A stretch of DNA of 64,000 nt. Origin: Octopus vulgaris. Its lineage: Eukaryota. Every line of letters starts with the position of its first letter. Position 1 is the first letter of the stretch. The stretch spans positions 35,526,001-35,590,000 of the forward strand of contig OX597832.1 in assembly GCA_951406725.2 (NCBI GenBank). The letters run 5' to 3'. Of the stretch, positions 62,350-64,000 are shown one piece after another. The notes under the pieces were generated by a model, which worked only from the letters and a program-made list of their open reading frames with translations, was not told where the DNA came from and made no database searches. The position numbers and the translations under genes were made by a program.

Positions 62350-62934
62350 TGTGGTCACCGCATAGTGTCAAACTGACCACAGAGCTTGAGACAATCCAAA
62401 GACATTTCACCAAGAGGATTTCCACCATGAAAGAAAAGAACTATTGGGAGAGGCTTAGGGAACTCAATTTGTAGTCCTTGGAACGAAGACGAGAGAGATA
62501 TGCAATGATATACATATGGAAAATCCTGGAGGGACTAGCACCAAATTTTGGAATTGAGAGCTGTTCCAATCCCCGTACAGGACGTCACTGTGTGGTGCCA
62601 AAGGTCCCGTCTTCCACATCCAGGGTAAGGAGCAGATACTGTAATAGCCTGGGGTTCAGGGGCCCTCAGCTGTTCAACAAACTGCCAAGAAAACTAAGAG
62701 ATCTACATGATGCGGATGTGGACATTTTCAAAAAACATCTAGACAAGCTGCTTTCCGGGATCCCAGATGAACCCACTGCAAGGTACGAAGGTAACCTAAG
62801 GGCAGCAGCTACAAACTCTCTCTTAGATCAGTGGCCAGCCAAGGCAAACTGGACTTAGAGAGGGTAGCAACAAGGGCGGTGCCCCAGCATGGCCTCAGCC
62901 GGATGGCTGAAACAAGTAAAAGAGTAAAAGAGTA
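62350..62934 (+). mobile_element. 5'-truncated CR1/L2-like LINE 3' end (one in-frame stop)
   Basis: [23 protein letters not shown]...[22 protein letters not shown]...NSLLDQ; tail gcggtgccccagcatggcctcagc...gctgaaac-(taaaagag)n. Confidence 0.92.
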
Positions 62935-63096
62935 ATATATGTATGTATATATGTATATATATATGTATATATGTATGTATATGTATGTATGTATATATAT
63001 ATGTATGTATGTATATATATATATGTATGTATGTATATATATATATGTATGTATGTATATATATATATGTATGTATGTATATATATGTATATATAT

Positions 63097-63750
63097 GTAT
63101 GTAAATATGACAAATTCATCGTCAGGAACTTCTGGAAAGTTCAGTATATAGTGAAATCCTCCGGTATGCGGCGAGGCAGCCTGCTGCCCGCCCTTTAATT
63201 ATTTTCACTATATACTGAACTTTCCAGAAGTTCCTGATGATGAATTTGTCATATTTACATACCGGAATTTTACCGGTAAATAATTGTTGGTTATATGAAA
63301 AACCACTGAAAAATTATTTACCATTTTTATTGTATTACCATGTGAACTTCTTATTCCATTGCGATCGGCCAGGCGGCGCGCACGGCAGAATTTTTGGAGG
63401 GAAAATTTACGTTCTCAGTCATTACTTAGTTTTAACATATGCACACCTCCCCCCACTATCTGATGTCGCTTGGTCAGAAGTGAGGGCTTGTGGCATTTGG
63501 TAAATCTATCGAATACGGTGTTGATAAAGGAAATCAAGCTATTTTCGTGCTTGTGATCTAGAAACATGTTCATCATTAACGGTAAGAGATTGGTTTCGTT
63601 TATTTGCTACTCCGTTTTTTGCGTATGTGAATCGCAGGGTTCGTCGTATTTGGAAAATCCGCTTATAGAAAATGGAAAAAACAGTCTTTGACTGCCATTT
63701 CTAATTCCTCCGGTATGCGGCGAGGCAGCCTGCTGCCCACCCTTTAATTA
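63097..63750. mobile_element. Non-coding element with 60-bp inverted arms whose 45-bp spacer recurs as a direct repeat at the right end
   Basis: 63097-63156 vs 63203-63262 inverted (59/60); 63157-63201 repeated at 63706-63750 (1 mismatch); flanked by TA microsatellite. Confidence 0.7.
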
Positions 63751-63906
63751 TATATATATATGTATATATATGTATGTATATGTATGTATATATATATGTA
63801 TGTATGTATATATATATGTATGTATGTATGTATGTATATATGTATGTATGTATGTATATATATATATATGTATGTATGTATATATATATGTATGTATATA
63901 TGTATG

Positions 63907-63953
<47 letters not shown>

Positions 63954-64000
63954 GTATATGTATGTATATATATATGTATGTATGTATATATATATGTATG

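Overview
Eukaryotic, AT-rich genomic DNA. The repeat content (tRNA-derived SINEs, RTE/CR1 LINE pieces, huge (AT)n/(ATGT)n arrays) suggests an octopus-like cephalopod; this is an inference. The main feature is a + strand MDM2/MDM4-family gene that I reconstructed by hand from 15 GT-AG exons (5846-36042). They give 1917 nt of contiguous ORF (638 aa plus stop); the start codon was not found and is probably upstream. It has the canonical acidic region, RanBP2-type Zn finger and C2H2C4 RING. Unusually, it carries TWO tandem p53-binding (SWIB/MDM2) domains, each encoded by its own 75-nt + 134-nt exon pair (about 46% aa identity), preceded by a triplicated ~20-aa N-terminal repeat. The introns hold a decayed Gypsy LTR element with an apparent self-priming PBS, mariner, Penelope and Helitron relics, SINEs and an 86-bp perfect-like hairpin. 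A minimal hammerhead ribozyme lies at 272-395 (-). The last ~18 kb is a TA/TATG microsatellite field containing 5'-truncated CR1-like LINEs and two fold-back elements; the long Y/I/M/V/C/H/T ORFs there are artefacts.
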